The notes: generated by a model from the letters alone, not told the origin. DNA of 32,000 bases from Psychrobacter cryohalolentis K5 (GCF_000013905.1 NC_007969.1:690001-722000); one strand, 5' to 3'. Numbered from the stretch's first letter, positions 1 through 11,187 are shown. A program made the numbers and translations.

Positions 1-1
1 T

Positions 2-2287
2 GAAGATCGTCCAACCCAAGCGCTTGAACGTATCAATGATAAACATGTCAAAATCAATATTGACTATGCTCTTGATGAAACTATTAAGCGTATTAAAGAC
101 AAAAAAGTCATTGGTATCGGCTCACCACGTGCCAGCCTTGAGACCAACTTTGCGCTAAAAAACCTCGTTGGTTTTGATAATTTTTCAACGGGTCTTAATC
201 ATCAGCAGCAAGCACTGGTCAATAAATGTATTGAAGTCTTGAGTACCGAGGGTATTTATAATCCAGGTATGACCGATATTGAAAGCCATGATGCGGTACT
301 GATTTTGGGTGAAGATATCACTCAAACGTCATCACGTGTGGCACTTTCTATCCGTCAAGCGGCGAAAAATGAAGCCATAAAAATGGCGGCTGCTACCAAA
401 ACACAGTCATGGTTGGCTGAGCCAGTCAAACGTATTGCTCAAGGTGCGCAAAGCCCAGTATATGTCATCGATGTGACTCAAACCAAACTTGAAGATATCA
501 GTAAGGTTAGCGTCGTAGCGACACCTGAAGACATCACTAAACTTGGTTTTAAAGTTGCGGATGAAATTGCTAAATTTGACGATAATTTAGCAAAAATAGT
601 CGATCCGCAAAAAGCTGAAAAAGAGGCTAATGCCAATATCAATGTTGATCCTATGCAAGCGCTGGCACAGCAAATCGCTTATGACTTGATCCAAGCGGAC
701 AAGCCATTGGTTGTCTCTGGTAGCAGCTTATCGTCTATTGCCTTGATAGAAGCAGCTGCGCAAATCACGCAAGCATTAAGCCAAAAGCGTGCAGCAATCA
801 AAGCAACTGAGCAGTATGAAGTTGAGACACATAATGCCAAAGTTGCAGCAGCTGAAGCGCAGGCACAAGCAACAACGGTGCAGCAAACAGAAGATAAAGA
901 TCTATCTGCCAAGCCAAATAAGCCTGAAACGGGCGTTAATACTGAAGCACAAGACGATGTCGAGCGTCAGCCAGCAACTAAACTTGAGCTAAAAGAAGTC
1001 AATAAAAAGTATCATGCCCAAGCGGGTATCTATTTAGCAGTGACAGATGCTAATAGTATCGGTGTTTGCTTACTCGGTGGTCATTCAGTTGAAGAATTGC
1101 TGGCAACTGATTTTGATGTGGTGATAGTCGCTGAAAATCAGTTGACTGATGCTATTGATGCGAATAAATTAACACAGCTATTGACTGATAAAACCGTCAT
1201 TGCGTTAGATCATCAATTGCTTGATTGGCACAAAGACGTCGATATTGTATTGCCAGCAGCCACCTTTGCTGAAGCAGATGGCACGCTTATTTCTGCCGAA
1301 GGTCGTGCGCAGCGCTTCTTCCAAGTTTATGATAATGACTATTACCATCCGCTTAGTAGTATCAAAGAAGGTTGGCGCTGGTTGCATGCTGTGCACAGCA
1401 GCTTAGAAGGTCGTGATGTCGACTGGACGCAGCTTGACGATGTCATCAATGCTTTGATAGCGACCCATCCTAAGCTTGCCGGTATCAAAGAAGCTGCACC
1501 CGATGCTGATTACCGTATGACGGGTCTAAAAATTGCCCGTCAGCCACGTCGTTACTCAGGTCGTACTTCTATGCGCGCGCCTGTCTCTGTACATGAACCA
1601 ATGCAGCCAAAAGATTTGGATACCGGTTTAACCTTTTCAATGGAAGGCTATAGCGGTAAGCAAACCCCAAGCGCGATGATTCCTTTTGCGCAATCTGCCG
1701 GTTGGAACTCACCGCAAGCTTGGAACAAATACCAAGATAAAGTGGGTGGTAGTCTTAGAAATGGTGATCCGGGTGTGCGTTTGTTCGATCAGTTAGAGCG
1801 TTTAGCTACGCGCCAATATGTTGCGCCAGAAGTTAGCTCAGTAGCTACGACGGATATGCAGCAAGGGCAGGCAAAACTGGTGCCTATTTATAACATTTAT
1901 GCCAGCTCAATGATGGCATCGCGTAGCCCAGTGGTAGCTGAGCAATTACCTGTCGCCTCATGGCGTATAGGAATTGATGACGCAAAAGACTGGAATATCG
2001 TGGCTGGTGATTATTTGGCGATTGAGATTGATAAACAGCAAATCACGCTGCCAGTAGAGCTTGTTGGCTATTTAGCCGAAGGTTGTATTGGTTACCCTGT
2101 CGGTCAGGTGAGCATTATTCATCCATCGATGCCAGCGTCAGTACGTAAAGTCGATGCACCTATTACGATGATGGGTAGCATGGCTAGTGGCAATTCTGAA
2201 AATGGCAGTGCTTTAAACAGCTTTGAAGATAACAATAACCGCGCCGTAACAATAAGCACAGCGCCGACCACCACACAGGAGGTGTAA
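2..2287 (+). CDS. nuoG: NADH-quinone oxidoreductase subunit G, 5-prime truncated by the window edge
   Basis: Frame 2 is open from base 2 ([15 protein letters not shown]...) and runs into ORF 239..2287, so the TTG at 239 is only the first in-frame start the ORF caller found. NuoG-like motifs by eye: [33 protein letters not shown]. It is followed by nuoH-N in canonical order. Confidence 0.95.
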   Translation, partial: EDRPTQALERINDKHVKINIDYALDETIKRIKDKKVIGIGSPRASLETNFALKNLVGFDNFSTGLNHQQQALVNKCIEVLSTEGIYNPGMTDIESHDAVLILGEDITQTSSRVALSIRQAAKNEAIKMAAATKTQSWLAEPVKRIAQGAQSPVYVIDVTQTKLEDISKVSVVATPEDITKLGFKVADEIAKFDDNLAKIVDPQKAEKEANANINVDPMQALAQQIAYDLIQADKPLVVSGSSLSSIALIEAAAQITQALSQKRAAIKATEQYEVETHNAKVAAAEAQAQATTVQQTEDKDLSAKPNKPETGVNTEAQDDVERQPATKLELKEVNKKYHAQAGIYLAVTDANSIGVCLLGGHSVEELLATDFDVVIVAENQLTDAIDANKLTQLLTDKTVIALDHQLLDWHKDVDIVLPAATFAEADGTLISAEGRAQRFFQVYDNDYYHPLSSIKEGWRWLHAVHSSLEGRDVDWTQLDDVINALIATHPKLAGIKEAAPDADYRMTGLKIARQPRRYSGRTSMRAPVSVHEPMQPKDLDTGLTFSMEGYSGKQTPSAMIPFAQSAGWNSPQAWNKYQDKVGGSLRNGDPGVRLFDQLERLATRQYVAPEVSSVATTDMQQGQAKLVPIYNIYASSMMASRSPVVAEQLPVASWRIGIDDAKDWNIVAGDYLAIEIDKQQITLPVELVGYLAEGCIGYPVGQVSIIHPSMPASVRKVDAPITMMGSMASGNSENGSALNSFEDNNNRAVTISTAPTTTQEV

Positions 2288-2288
2288 T

Positions 2289-3332
2289 ATGCAAGTAACT
2301 CGTATTATCCCTGATGTGCCAAGTTTTTTGGCAAGTATGATGACCTTTGATACTTGGTCCATACTTTTTATGGTCGTACAATCGTTGGTTATCTTTTTAG
2401 TCGTTGTCATTGTCGCGGCAATGATGATTATCTATGAGCGCCGGATGCTAGCACTCTGGCAAGACCGTTATGGTCCAAACCGTGTTGGACCGTTTGGTTC
2501 ACTACAGCTAGTCGCCGATATGCTCAAAATCTTCTTTAAAGAAGATTGGACGCCAAATTTTACCGATAAGTTTATGTTTACTTTGGCGCCTGCGGTTGCC
2601 ATGTTTACCGCTCTGGCTTCATTTGCCATTATTCCTATCTCACCAACCCTTGGCGTTGCTGATTGGGATATTGGTATTTTGTTCTTTTTTGCCATGGCTG
2701 GTATTGCAGTCTATGCAGTACTGTTCGGTGGTTGGGCATCAGCCAATAAATTCTCATTACTTGGTGGCTTACGTTCAGCCGCGCAAACCATCAGTTATGA
2801 AGTGTTCTTAGGCTTGTCGTTGATGGGTGTTGTTGCATTGACTGGCTCATTTAACTTACGTGCGATTGTTGAAGCACAAGCTGATGGTTGGTATATCATC
2901 CCGCAGTTCTTTGGCTTTTTAACCTTTGTCGTTGCTGGTGTTGCGGTCACGCATAGACATCCATTTGACCAACCAGAAGCTGAGCAAGAGCTTGCTGAAG
3001 GGTATCACGTTGAATATTCCGGCATGAAGTTCGGTATGTTCTTTATTGGCGAATACGTCAATGTTGTATTAATTTCTGCTTTGATGACTTGTTTGTTCTT
3101 TGGTGGTTGGCTTGCACCTTTTAATTTAGATATTCCATTTATTCCACCAGCTTTTTGGTTCATGATTAAGACGCTGTTCTTTATGACTATGTTTGTTTTG
3201 GCTCGAGGCTCACTCATGCGTCCGCGCTATGATCAGGTGATGAACTTTGGCTGGAAAGTCTGCCTGCCCGTAACCTTGATTAATCTATTGGTTACTGCTG
3301 CAGTCATTTTGATTTTTTCCCCAACGTTGTAA
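2289..3332 (+). CDS. nuoH: NADH-quinone oxidoreductase subunit H
   Basis: 347-aa polytopic membrane protein. The ATG lies 1 nt after the nuoG stop. NuoH/ND1 motifs: [33 protein letters not shown]. Confidence 0.96.
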   Translation: MQVTRIIPDVPSFLASMMTFDTWSILFMVVQSLVIFLVVVIVAAMMIIYERRMLALWQDRYGPNRVGPFGSLQLVADMLKIFFKEDWTPNFTDKFMFTLAPAVAMFTALASFAIIPISPTLGVADWDIGILFFFAMAGIAVYAVLFGGWASANKFSLLGGLRSAAQTISYEVFLGLSLMGVVALTGSFNLRAIVEAQADGWYIIPQFFGFLTFVVAGVAVTHRHPFDQPEAEQELAEGYHVEYSGMKFGMFFIGEYVNVVLISALMTCLFFGGWLAPFNLDIPFIPPAFWFMIKTLFFMTMFVLARGSLMRPRYDQVMNFGWKVCLPVTLINLLVTAAVILIFSPTL

Positions 3333-3387
3333 TCATCACTAGCCATCACTGATGAACTAGGGTAAAGCTGAGAAGGATAATAATCCC

Positions 3388-3936
3388 ATGTTTACTACGA
3401 TAAAAAAGACCGTCATTGGACTATTTACCATTGTCCGCAGCATGTGGATGGTCAATAGTCATGCGCTCAGACCACGCGACACCATTCTTTATCCTGAGGT
3501 GCCAGTACCAGTGCCGCCACGTTTTCGTGGACGTATTATCTTGTCGCGTGACCCTGACGGCGATGAGCGCTGCGTTGCTTGTAACTTGTGCGCTGTGGCA
3601 TGTCCAGTTGGTTGTATCTCCCTGCAAAAAGCGGAACGTGAAGATGGACGCTGGTATCCAGAGTTCTTCCGTATTAACTTTTCACGTTGTATTTTTTGTG
3701 GCTTGTGTGAAGAAGCTTGTCCTACAACAGCTATTCAGATGACTCCTGATTTTGAGATGGGCGAATACGTCCGTCAAGACTTGGTCTATGAAAAAGAGCA
3801 TTTGCTGATTTCAGGACCGGGTAAATATCCCGATTATAACTATTATCGCGTGACGGGTATGGCGGTAGCAGATAAACCAAAAGGCGCAGCGCAAAATGAA
3901 GCGGCACCGATTGATCTAAGGAGCTTGCTACCATGA
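3388..3936 (+). CDS. nuoI: NADH-quinone oxidoreductase subunit I (2x[4Fe-4S] ferredoxin-type)
   Basis: Two CxxCxxCxxxCP motifs ([24 protein letters not shown]). A GAAGGA Shine-Dalgarno sits upstream of the ATG at 3388. Confidence 0.96.
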   Translation: MFTTIKKTVIGLFTIVRSMWMVNSHALRPRDTILYPEVPVPVPPRFRGRIILSRDPDGDERCVACNLCAVACPVGCISLQKAEREDGRWYPEFFRINFSRCIFCGLCEEACPTTAIQMTPDFEMGEYVRQDLVYEKEHLLISGPGKYPDYNYYRVTGMAVADKPKGAAQNEAAPIDLRSLLP

Positions 3937-4676
3937 TGAATATTTTAAATAATCCTGAATTGGCAGGGTTTTACTCATTAGCAGCGGTAGCAATATTTGC
4001 CAGTTTGCGCGTGGTAACCCAAGCCAATCCAGTGCATGCTATTTTATCGATGATTGTGTCATTGCTGGCAATCGCTGGCATATTTTTTGTGATAGGTGCG
4101 CCGTTTGCTGGAGCACTTGAAATTGTCGTTTACGCGGGTGCCATTATGGTGCTGTTCGTCTTCGTGATTATGATGCTGAATTTAGGCATGCGTAATGATG
4201 AGCGGGAAGAGCGTTGGCTTGATGCCGGCACTTGGGCGATACCGACAGGCTTGACGATTATTATCGCAGTTGTGCTGTATGCAATGATTGGTCTTAATCA
4301 TAACGAAGCAGCTCTGATTGGCGGTACTACGATTTCAGCCAAAGCAGTGGGTACGGTGTTATTTACCAAATATATTATGTTGATAGAAGTAGCCGCATTG
4401 CTACTACTCGCAGCCTTAGTTGCAGCTTATCATTTAGGTAAAGAAGCTATCGATGATGAGATTATCGGTAATGATAGCCTAGTAGCCAGTCCAAATGTCG
4501 GTAGTATTGAGCTGTACGAAAACGACAGCATGCACACCAATAACGATGTAGTAAAGATGGCAAAACCATACGAATATAAAGATGTCGACCCGCATGATTA
4601 TGTGGGCATGAAGGTCGGCATGAAAGCAGGTACGCAGAACGGTATGAAGAAAGTCACGCGCAAGGAGTCAGACTGA
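3933..4676 (+). CDS. nuoJ: NADH-quinone oxidoreductase subunit J with a long C-terminal tail
   Basis: ATGA start/stop overlap with nuoI, with AAGGAG 9 nt upstream. The NuoJ/ND6-like TM core ends near AAYHLGKE. About 60 extra hydrophilic residues follow. Confidence 0.93.
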   Translation: MMNILNNPELAGFYSLAAVAIFASLRVVTQANPVHAILSMIVSLLAIAGIFFVIGAPFAGALEIVVYAGAIMVLFVFVIMMLNLGMRNDEREERWLDAGTWAIPTGLTIIIAVVLYAMIGLNHNEAALIGGTTISAKAVGTVLFTKYIMLIEVAALLLLAALVAAYHLGKEAIDDEIIGNDSLVASPNVGSIELYENDSMHTNNDVVKMAKPYEYKDVDPHDYVGMKVGMKAGTQNGMKKVTRKESD

Positions 4677-5083
4677 TGGTACTAGCAGCAAGCGTGGTAC
4701 AAGAGGTTGCCAATGTGCCGTTTGCCCATGAAGTAGCAGGCTTAGTGCAGCCGGTTGCTGAGGCGCAAAATGTACTGGGTCTGATACCCATGAGCCATGG
4801 ACTAATCTTGGCAGGTATTTTATTTGCGATTGGTCTGTGCGGTGTTATGGTACGGCGTAATTTCTTATTTATGCTAATGAGCCTTGAGATAATGATGAAT
4901 GCGGCGGCACTAGCATTTGTGGTAGCAGGTAGTCGTTGGGTCGATCCAGATGGACAGATTATGTTTATCTTTATCTTGACCTTAGCAGCAGCAGAGGCCG
5001 CTATTGGTTTAGCAATATTATTGCGTTTTTATCATCAGCGTGGGCATCTTGATGTCGACAGCGCCAATGAGATGAAAGGATGA
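4676..5083 (+). CDS. nuoK: NADH-quinone oxidoreductase subunit K (start uncertain)
   Basis: The C-terminal ~97 aa align by eye with E. coli NuoK ([10 protein letters not shown]..., [29 protein letters not shown]). The ATG at 4676 overlaps the nuoJ stop by 1 nt but adds 38 aa absent from E. coli NuoK. The alternative ATG at 4790 gives the canonical length. Confidence 0.9.
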   Translation: MVLAASVVQEVANVPFAHEVAGLVQPVAEAQNVLGLIPMSHGLILAGILFAIGLCGVMVRRNFLFMLMSLEIMMNAAALAFVVAGSRWVDPDGQIMFIFILTLAAAEAAIGLAILLRFYHQRGHLDVDSANEMKG

Positions 5084-5087
5084 TGTC

Positions 5088-6962
5088 ATGAGTTTATTAC
5101 CATTAACCTTTATATTCCCGCTCGTTGGCTTTTTGATTTTAGCCTTTATGCGCGACAAGTTAAGCGAGCAGGTAGCAGCGATTGTCGGTGTCGGTAGCAT
5201 GCTGCTATCAGCGCTATGTACGCTGATCGTCAGCTATACCTTTTTAACGACGTATCCAGCCGGAACTGTTGTAGAGATTCCTCTCTGGACATGGTTCCAA
5301 GTCGGAGATTTTGCGCCAAATTTTGGCTTAAGCTTTGATGGCTTAGCATTGACAATGACGTGTGTTATTACCGGCATTGGCTTTTTGATTCATCTGTTTG
5401 CCGCTTGGTATATGAAAGGTGAAACAGGCTTTGCGCGCTTCTTTAGCTATATGAACTTGTTTGTCGCCAGCATGTTATTGCTGGTATTGGCGGATAACTT
5501 GTTCTTGCTATATCTTGGTTGGGAAGGCGTCGGTATCTGTTCTTACTTGCTGATTGGTTTTTACTACCATGACCGTGCGAATGGTCGTGCGGCGATAAAA
5601 GCCTTTACTGTTACCCGTGTTGGTGATGTGTTCTTAGCCTTTGGTTTGTTTTTACTATTCCGCGAATTTGGTACGCTTAATATTCAAGAGATTATTACCC
5701 GTGCCCCGGAAGTATTTGATATTAATAATCCAACCATGATTCTAACTACCATGATGTTGGTTGGTGGGGCGATGGGTAAATCAGCCCAGCTGCCATTACA
5801 TACATGGCTTGCAGATGCGATGGCAGGTCCAACGCCAGTATCGGCATTGATTCACGCAGCGACCATGGTTACCGCGGGTGTTTATCTGATTGCGCGTTTA
5901 CATCCGTTATTTATATTAACACCTGGTGTACTATTGTACTGGGTTGGGGCAGTGGGTGCATTAACGCTGGTTATTGCAGGATTCTGTGCGTTGGCACAAA
6001 CGGACATCAAGCGTATCCTTGCTTATTCGACCATGAGCCAAATTGGCTATATGTTCTTAGCACTCGGCGTTGGCGCATGGCAAGGTGCTATCTTCCATTT
6101 GATGACCCATGCTTTTTTTAAAGCGTTGTTATTCTTATCATCAGGTGCAGTCATCCTTTCAGTACATCATGAGCAAAACATCTTTAAGATGGGCGGCTTA
6201 CGTAAAAAGATTCCGTTAGTATTCTGGTGCTATATCGTCGGTGGCGGTGCACTTGCCGCGATACCTTGGGTCACCGTTGGTTTTTACTCTAAAGAAGCTA
6301 TTCTTTGGGAAAGTTATGCAACCGGTCATATGGTCTTATTCTATATGGGCGTATTCGGTGCTTTCTTAACTGCGCTTTATACCTTCCGTATGATTTGGAT
6401 TATCTTCTTTGGTGAAGAGAAAACGCATGCCCATAAACTATCTGGTATGTCATATTGGCTGCCGCTTAGTGTGTTGCTCGTATTATCTACGGCAGTGGGT
6501 GCATTTATTACCCCGCCATTGCAAGGCGTATTGCCAGAAAGTGTTGGGCACTTATTAGAAGTGGCTGGTCAGGCGCATGCTAAGCACACCGCAGAGTATA
6601 TCGCGATGGGTGCGATGGCAGCAGGCTTGGTATTAGCAGTGTTATTATATGTCGTTAATAAAGGTCGACTGCTGACCAGCTTTAAGCGCACGCGTATCGG
6701 CGGTGCGCTATATCATTGGTGCTATCACGGTATGGGCTTTGACGCGCTATACGATATAGTTTTTGTAAAACCCTTTTTGTTCATCGGCCGCTTATTTAAA
6801 GCCGACCCTATCGATAAAACGTGGCTGCTATTACCTAAGTTGGCATCAGCAGGTAATAAGGTATTGTCTGCGACGCAAACAGGGTCACTTCGAGGTTATG
6901 CTGCAAGCTTTGGCTTGGGTATGGCTGTATTACTCGTGCTGGTAATGATGACGGTGGTATAA
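5088..6962 (+). CDS. nuoL: NADH-quinone oxidoreductase subunit L
   Basis: 624-aa antiporter-like subunit (LGWEGVGICSYLLIGF, MGKSAQLPLHTWLADAMAGPTPVSALIHAATMVTAGVY). Operon position fits. Confidence 0.96.
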   Translation: MSLLPLTFIFPLVGFLILAFMRDKLSEQVAAIVGVGSMLLSALCTLIVSYTFLTTYPAGTVVEIPLWTWFQVGDFAPNFGLSFDGLALTMTCVITGIGFLIHLFAAWYMKGETGFARFFSYMNLFVASMLLLVLADNLFLLYLGWEGVGICSYLLIGFYYHDRANGRAAIKAFTVTRVGDVFLAFGLFLLFREFGTLNIQEIITRAPEVFDINNPTMILTTMMLVGGAMGKSAQLPLHTWLADAMAGPTPVSALIHAATMVTAGVYLIARLHPLFILTPGVLLYWVGAVGALTLVIAGFCALAQTDIKRILAYSTMSQIGYMFLALGVGAWQGAIFHLMTHAFFKALLFLSSGAVILSVHHEQNIFKMGGLRKKIPLVFWCYIVGGGALAAIPWVTVGFYSKEAILWESYATGHMVLFYMGVFGAFLTALYTFRMIWIIFFGEEKTHAHKLSGMSYWLPLSVLLVLSTAVGAFITPPLQGVLPESVGHLLEVAGQAHAKHTAEYIAMGAMAAGLVLAVLLYVVNKGRLLTSFKRTRIGGALYHWCYHGMGFDALYDIVFVKPFLFIGRLFKADPIDKTWLLLPKLASAGNKVLSATQTGSLRGYAASFGLGMAVLLVLVMMTVV

Positions 6963-6963
6963 G

Positions 6964-8589
6964 ATGATTGAGTTACAACAAACGTGGATGCTACCAGCAT
7001 TAATCGCCATTCCTTTTATTGCAGGATTGCTATGCTGGCTGGTTGAACGCTTTAATAAACGCTTGCCGCGCTGGATTGCCTTAATCGGTATGACGTTGAC
7101 CTTTGTATTGTCAATAGTGCTGTGGCAATACGGTGATTTTTCTGGCATGAGTCAGCAAGTTATTGCGCCAGATGCTGCTGTGCCTTGGGTGGCTGAATTT
7201 AGTGTGCCTTGGATACCGAGTTTTGGTATCAGCTTTCACTTAGCGTTAGATGGTTTATCGCTAATGATGGTTGCATTAACTGGTCTGCTCGGTGTTGCCG
7301 CAGTTGCCTGTTCGTGGAATGAGATTCAGCGCCGTGTTGGTTTCTTCCATCTAAACTTGCTGTGGAGTTTGGGCGGCGTCATCGGTGTTTTCTTAGCCAT
7401 TGATATGTTCTTGTTCTTCTTCTTTTGGGAGATGATGCTGGTTCCAATCTACTTTTTGATCGCGATTTGGGGTCATGATGTGGTTGGTAAAACCAAAGAA
7501 TACGCAGCAACTAAGTTCTTTATTTATACCCAAGCATCTGGTCTTATCATGCTGGTCGGTATTTTGATATTGGTCATTATCAGCTACGCCCAAAAAGGCG
7601 TGGTCAGCTTTAACTATAATGATTTACTCGGTACGTCACTTGGCGGCTGGGAATATCCGATCATGCTGTGCTTCTTTATTGGCTTTGCCGTTAAGCTGCC
7701 AATTATTCCATTCCATGGCTGGTTACCTGATGCCCATGCGCAAGCACCAACGGCAGGTTCGGTGGATTTGGCAGGGGTTCTAATTAAGACGGCGGCTTAT
7801 GGTTTGATTCGTTTTGTCTTGCCATTATTTCCAGCGGCGTCACAAGATTTTGCGCCAATTGCTATGACCTTGGGTACTATTGGTATCTTCTATGGCGCAT
7901 GGCTTGCCTTTATGCAAACCGATATGAAGCGTCTGCTTGCTTATACCAGTATCTCGCATATGGGCTTTGTGGTTTTGGCAATTTATGCCGGAACCTTACT
8001 CAGCTTGCAAGGTTTGATGATTCAAATGCTGGCACATGGTCTAAGCTCAGCAGCGCTGTTTATTATGGCAGGGCAGTTATATGAGCGCTTACATACGCGC
8101 GATTTGACCTTGATGGGCGGTATGTGGGGTCAGTTCCGTTATTATGCGCCGATACTGATGTTCTTCTGTGCGGCCTTACTTGGTATTCCGGGTACGGGTA
8201 ACTTTATCGGTGAATTCTTGATCTTATTTGGTGCCTTTGCTCAGTATCCTGTGTTTGTGGTCTTAGCAACTTTTAGCTTAGTATTGGCGGGTTTATACTC
8301 ACTTATATTAATTCATAAAGCGCTATTTGGTATCAACAACATTGAAGAAGTGGCATTAAAAGAAACCAAATCGCATGGTCTGCCGACGCGTCCATTAAAA
8401 GATTTGGGCAAGCGTGAGCTGTCGTTACTTTTGATGCTAGCAGCAGGCTTGGTCTGGCTGGGACTGTATCCACAGCCATTCCTTGATACCTCAAGTCATG
8501 CGATGCAGTGGATTAATAACGCTTATATATATAGTCAAGTAACCCAAGTAGATGCCTCGCAGCTGCTTGATGCAATGGAGGCACGTTAA
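6964..8589 (+). CDS. nuoM: NADH-quinone oxidoreductase subunit M
   Basis: 541-aa antiporter-like subunit (FFFWEMMLVPIYFLI, FHGWLPDAHAQAPTAGSV). The ATG lies 1 nt after the nuoL stop. Confidence 0.96.
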   Translation: MIELQQTWMLPALIAIPFIAGLLCWLVERFNKRLPRWIALIGMTLTFVLSIVLWQYGDFSGMSQQVIAPDAAVPWVAEFSVPWIPSFGISFHLALDGLSLMMVALTGLLGVAAVACSWNEIQRRVGFFHLNLLWSLGGVIGVFLAIDMFLFFFFWEMMLVPIYFLIAIWGHDVVGKTKEYAATKFFIYTQASGLIMLVGILILVIISYAQKGVVSFNYNDLLGTSLGGWEYPIMLCFFIGFAVKLPIIPFHGWLPDAHAQAPTAGSVDLAGVLIKTAAYGLIRFVLPLFPAASQDFAPIAMTLGTIGIFYGAWLAFMQTDMKRLLAYTSISHMGFVVLAIYAGTLLSLQGLMIQMLAHGLSSAALFIMAGQLYERLHTRDLTLMGGMWGQFRYYAPILMFFCAALLGIPGTGNFIGEFLILFGAFAQYPVFVVLATFSLVLAGLYSLILIHKALFGINNIEEVALKETKSHGLPTRPLKDLGKRELSLLLMLAAGLVWLGLYPQPFLDTSSHAMQWINNAYIYSQVTQVDASQLLDAMEAR

Positions 8590-8592
8590 GTC

Positions 8593-10071
8593 ATGAACGA
8601 TTTTACGATGAATGATTTGATGGGGCTACTGCCTTATGCACCAATCATTGCGGTAGTTATTACAGTATTGGTGGTGATGATTGCCATCACGATGAAGCGC
8701 TCACATATGGTGACCGGTACGATTTCGGTCATCGGTCTCAATATCGGTCTGTTTATTTTGCTTGGGCAAATGGCAGGTATAATCGATAGTGGCACACTGG
8801 TGCCAGCGGCTGAGCAGTTATTTGTCATTGATAACTTCGCTCAGTTTAATATGGTGATTGTCTTTATCTGTGCATTGGCTTGTTGTACGTTGTCTTATGC
8901 GTATTTAGCAAACCTCAACGATAATAAAGAAGAGCTGTATTTGCTCATGTTGCTATCGACGATTGGTGCACTGCTTATGGTTTGCGCCCAGCATTTGGCA
9001 TCATTCTTTATGAGCCTTGAGATGCTATCGATACCGCTATATGGCATGCTGTCCTATACCTATATGCGCACCCGCTCGCTTGAGTCAGGGCTGAAATACT
9101 TAGTGCTATCAGCGACAGCATCGGCAACGCTGCTGATGGGTATGGCATTTATTTATGCAGAAGTCGGCTCACTGGCATTTAAGCCTATTAGTTTAACTTT
9201 GGCTGATACGTTTGAATCGCCGCTGTTAATCTTAGGGGCAGCGATGATGATGTTTGGTATCGCCTTTAAACTCTCTGCTGCGCCCTTTCATATCTGGACA
9301 CCAGATGTCTATGAAGGCGCCCCTGCACCTATCGCGACTTATCTGGCCTCGGTATCAAAAGTAGCGATGATGGCATTGGCAGTACGATTTTTAATTGATA
9401 CCTCACTATTGGCATTGCCATCGGTACAGATGCTGCTTATGGTCATGGCAACCTTGTCGATTTTGCTAGGTAACTTACTTGCGGTACGCCAAACAAGTCT
9501 CAAACGTTTACTTGGTTATTCATCGATTGCCCATATGGGTTATGTGTTAATCGTAATCGTGAGCATTGGTTCTGCTGCTGATAGTATCTCTAGTATGTAT
9601 ATGGCGATTTATGCCTTTACCTCTATTGGTGCCTTTGGTGTCGTGACCTTGATGTCTAGCCCTTATCGCTTATCTGGTGAAGCCGATCAATTGATTCATT
9701 ATCAAGGATTGTTCTGGAGACGTCCGGTATTGACTGGTGTCATGACTATCATGATGCTATCTCTAGCGGGCATTCCATTAACCGCAGGCTTTATTACTAA
9801 GCTGTTTGCGGTTCTTGCTGCAGTACAAGGTACCAACTGGTTCTTGGCAGCGATGATTATCCTCGGTAGTGCGATTGGCTTGTTCTATTACTTGCGCGTC
9901 TTGCTCACACTATTTAAGCGTCCAAAACAATTTATTGAATTTGACGTCTCGAAGCAGTGGGGTCTACGTACTGGTGGTATCATGGTCATAGCAGTCACGG
10001 CGATCATCTTGTTCTTTGGCGTATTACCAAATAGTATGATTGAATGGGCAAGTTTGGCTCGTATTTGGTAA
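8593..10071 (+). CDS. nuoN: NADH-quinone oxidoreductase subunit N
   Basis: 492-aa antiporter-like subunit (FKLSAAPFHIWTPDVYEGAP). It is the last gene of the operon and a terminator follows. Confidence 0.95.
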   Translation: MNDFTMNDLMGLLPYAPIIAVVITVLVVMIAITMKRSHMVTGTISVIGLNIGLFILLGQMAGIIDSGTLVPAAEQLFVIDNFAQFNMVIVFICALACCTLSYAYLANLNDNKEELYLLMLLSTIGALLMVCAQHLASFFMSLEMLSIPLYGMLSYTYMRTRSLESGLKYLVLSATASATLLMGMAFIYAEVGSLAFKPISLTLADTFESPLLILGAAMMMFGIAFKLSAAPFHIWTPDVYEGAPAPIATYLASVSKVAMMALAVRFLIDTSLLALPSVQMLLMVMATLSILLGNLLAVRQTSLKRLLGYSSIAHMGYVLIVIVSIGSAADSISSMYMAIYAFTSIGAFGVVTLMSSPYRLSGEADQLIHYQGLFWRRPVLTGVMTIMMLSLAGIPLTAGFITKLFAVLAAVQGTNWFLAAMIILGSAIGLFYYLRVLLTLFKRPKQFIEFDVSKQWGLRTGGIMVIAVTAIILFFGVLPNSMIEWASLARIW

Positions 10072-10153
10072 GCTTAAAAAATAGGTATACAAAGCTGAAA
10101 TAAGTAATGCTATATCCATACTATTACTTATTCATTGTTACGGTTCGAAAAAC

Positions 10154-10196
10154 AAGATGCGCCCGCTTTGTGATAAGCTTGGCGCATCTTTTTTTG
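10154..10196 (+). terminator. Rho-independent terminator of the nuo operon
   Basis: A perfect 10-bp stem, aagatgcgcc (10154-10163) with ggcgcatctt (10181-10190), is followed by a T-run. An extra AT-rich 10-bp hairpin (aataagtaat 10099-10108 with attacttatt 10123-10132) lies just upstream. Confidence 0.85.
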
Positions 10197-10245
10197 TGTT
10201 GTTTAAATTTTATAAAAATAAATGTTAATAAAATATAAGTGATTT

Positions 10246-11082
10246 ATGACTATGAGCGACAATATTCAAACCGTAACAGTGCTAAGCAAAACCACTTGGA
10301 CGCCAAATTTATTTAGCTTTACTGTCAGCCGTCCGGATAGCTTTAAATTTACGGCTGGGCAATTTGTACGTTTGGGGGTTAATCCCAGTCATTTAAACTA
10401 CTATAAGCAGCAAGGCAAAGCAGGCAATGATGTCGCTAATGACGCACTAAACGAAGATATTTTTCGCGCTTATTCAATTGTTTCGTCTCCCTTTGATGAA
10501 GTATTAGAGTTTTTCTCTATTGTCATTCCTGATGGTGCATTTACCTCACAGTTGCAACACTTAGAAGTAGGCGATGAGCTACTGCTTAATACCATGCCTT
10601 TTGGCTTTTTAACATTGGCGCGTTATCAAAAGCCATTACCAAAAGATTTATGGCTGCTGGCTACGGGCACTGGTCTTGCGCCTTTCTTATCGATGCTGCA
10701 AGATTTAAAGACTTGGGAAGATTACGAGCATATTATTCTCGCATATAGCGCGCGCTCGATAGAAGAGCTGGCATACGTTGATAAGATAAAAAGTCTGCAA
10801 GAAGACTTTGGCTCCTTGGTTGATAATCCGGCAAAATTAATCTTTATACCGATTGTTACTCGTGAGCCTGTCGAAGGTACACTGACAGAGCGCCTGCCAA
10901 AATTGCTACTAGATGGAACGCTACAAGAGCGTGCAGGCATTGCTTTAGATGTTGATAGCACGCAAGTTATGCTCTGCGGCAACCCAGATATGGTAGAAGA
11001 TACCAAAGAGACGTTAAAAACCTTGGGACTGGTGATGAATCGCCGCGGCGAAGGTAATATTGCGGTAGAAAATTACTGGTAA
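10246..11082 (+). CDS. fpr: Ferredoxin/flavodoxin-NADP+ reductase
   Basis: FNR-family motifs: RAYSIVSSP (FAD binding), LLATGTGLAPFLSM (NADP binding), MLCGNPDM, C-terminal ENYW. Confidence 0.9.
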   Translation: MTMSDNIQTVTVLSKTTWTPNLFSFTVSRPDSFKFTAGQFVRLGVNPSHLNYYKQQGKAGNDVANDALNEDIFRAYSIVSSPFDEVLEFFSIVIPDGAFTSQLQHLEVGDELLLNTMPFGFLTLARYQKPLPKDLWLLATGTGLAPFLSMLQDLKTWEDYEHIILAYSARSIEELAYVDKIKSLQEDFGSLVDNPAKLIFIPIVTREPVEGTLTERLPKLLLDGTLQERAGIALDVDSTQVMLCGNPDMVEDTKETLKTLGLVMNRRGEGNIAVENYW

Positions 11083-11130
11083 CGAATGTCATAAAGTGTG
11101 ATCGAGTAGCATTCTTTTAAAATTTTTAGC

Positions 11131-11187
11131 AAAAGAAAAATGCTGTATCTTGACGACTCTTGTCTGGCAAGATACAGCATTTTTTTA
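11131..11187. terminator. Bidirectional rho-independent terminator between convergent fpr and the hypothetical gene
   Basis: A 12-bp perfect stem, tgctgtatcttg (11141-11152) with caagatacagca (11168-11179), is flanked by an A-run on the left and a T-run on the right. Confidence 0.8.

Noticed and set aside
3416-3742. 108-aa alternative-frame ORF inside nuoI. Similar nested or antisense ORFs occur in nuoG, nuoH, nuoL (5804-6121), nuoM, fpr (10722-11006), ubiI (18513-18872) and nadC.
   Set aside because: All overlap well-supported conserved genes, are short and have no motifs. They are treated as frame noise.
10140-10153. GGTTCGAA, a tRNA T-loop-like motif, downstream of nuoN.
   Set aside because: The surrounding sequence is AT-rich and has no acceptor, D or anticodon stems. 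It sits between two terminator hairpins and is not a tRNA.
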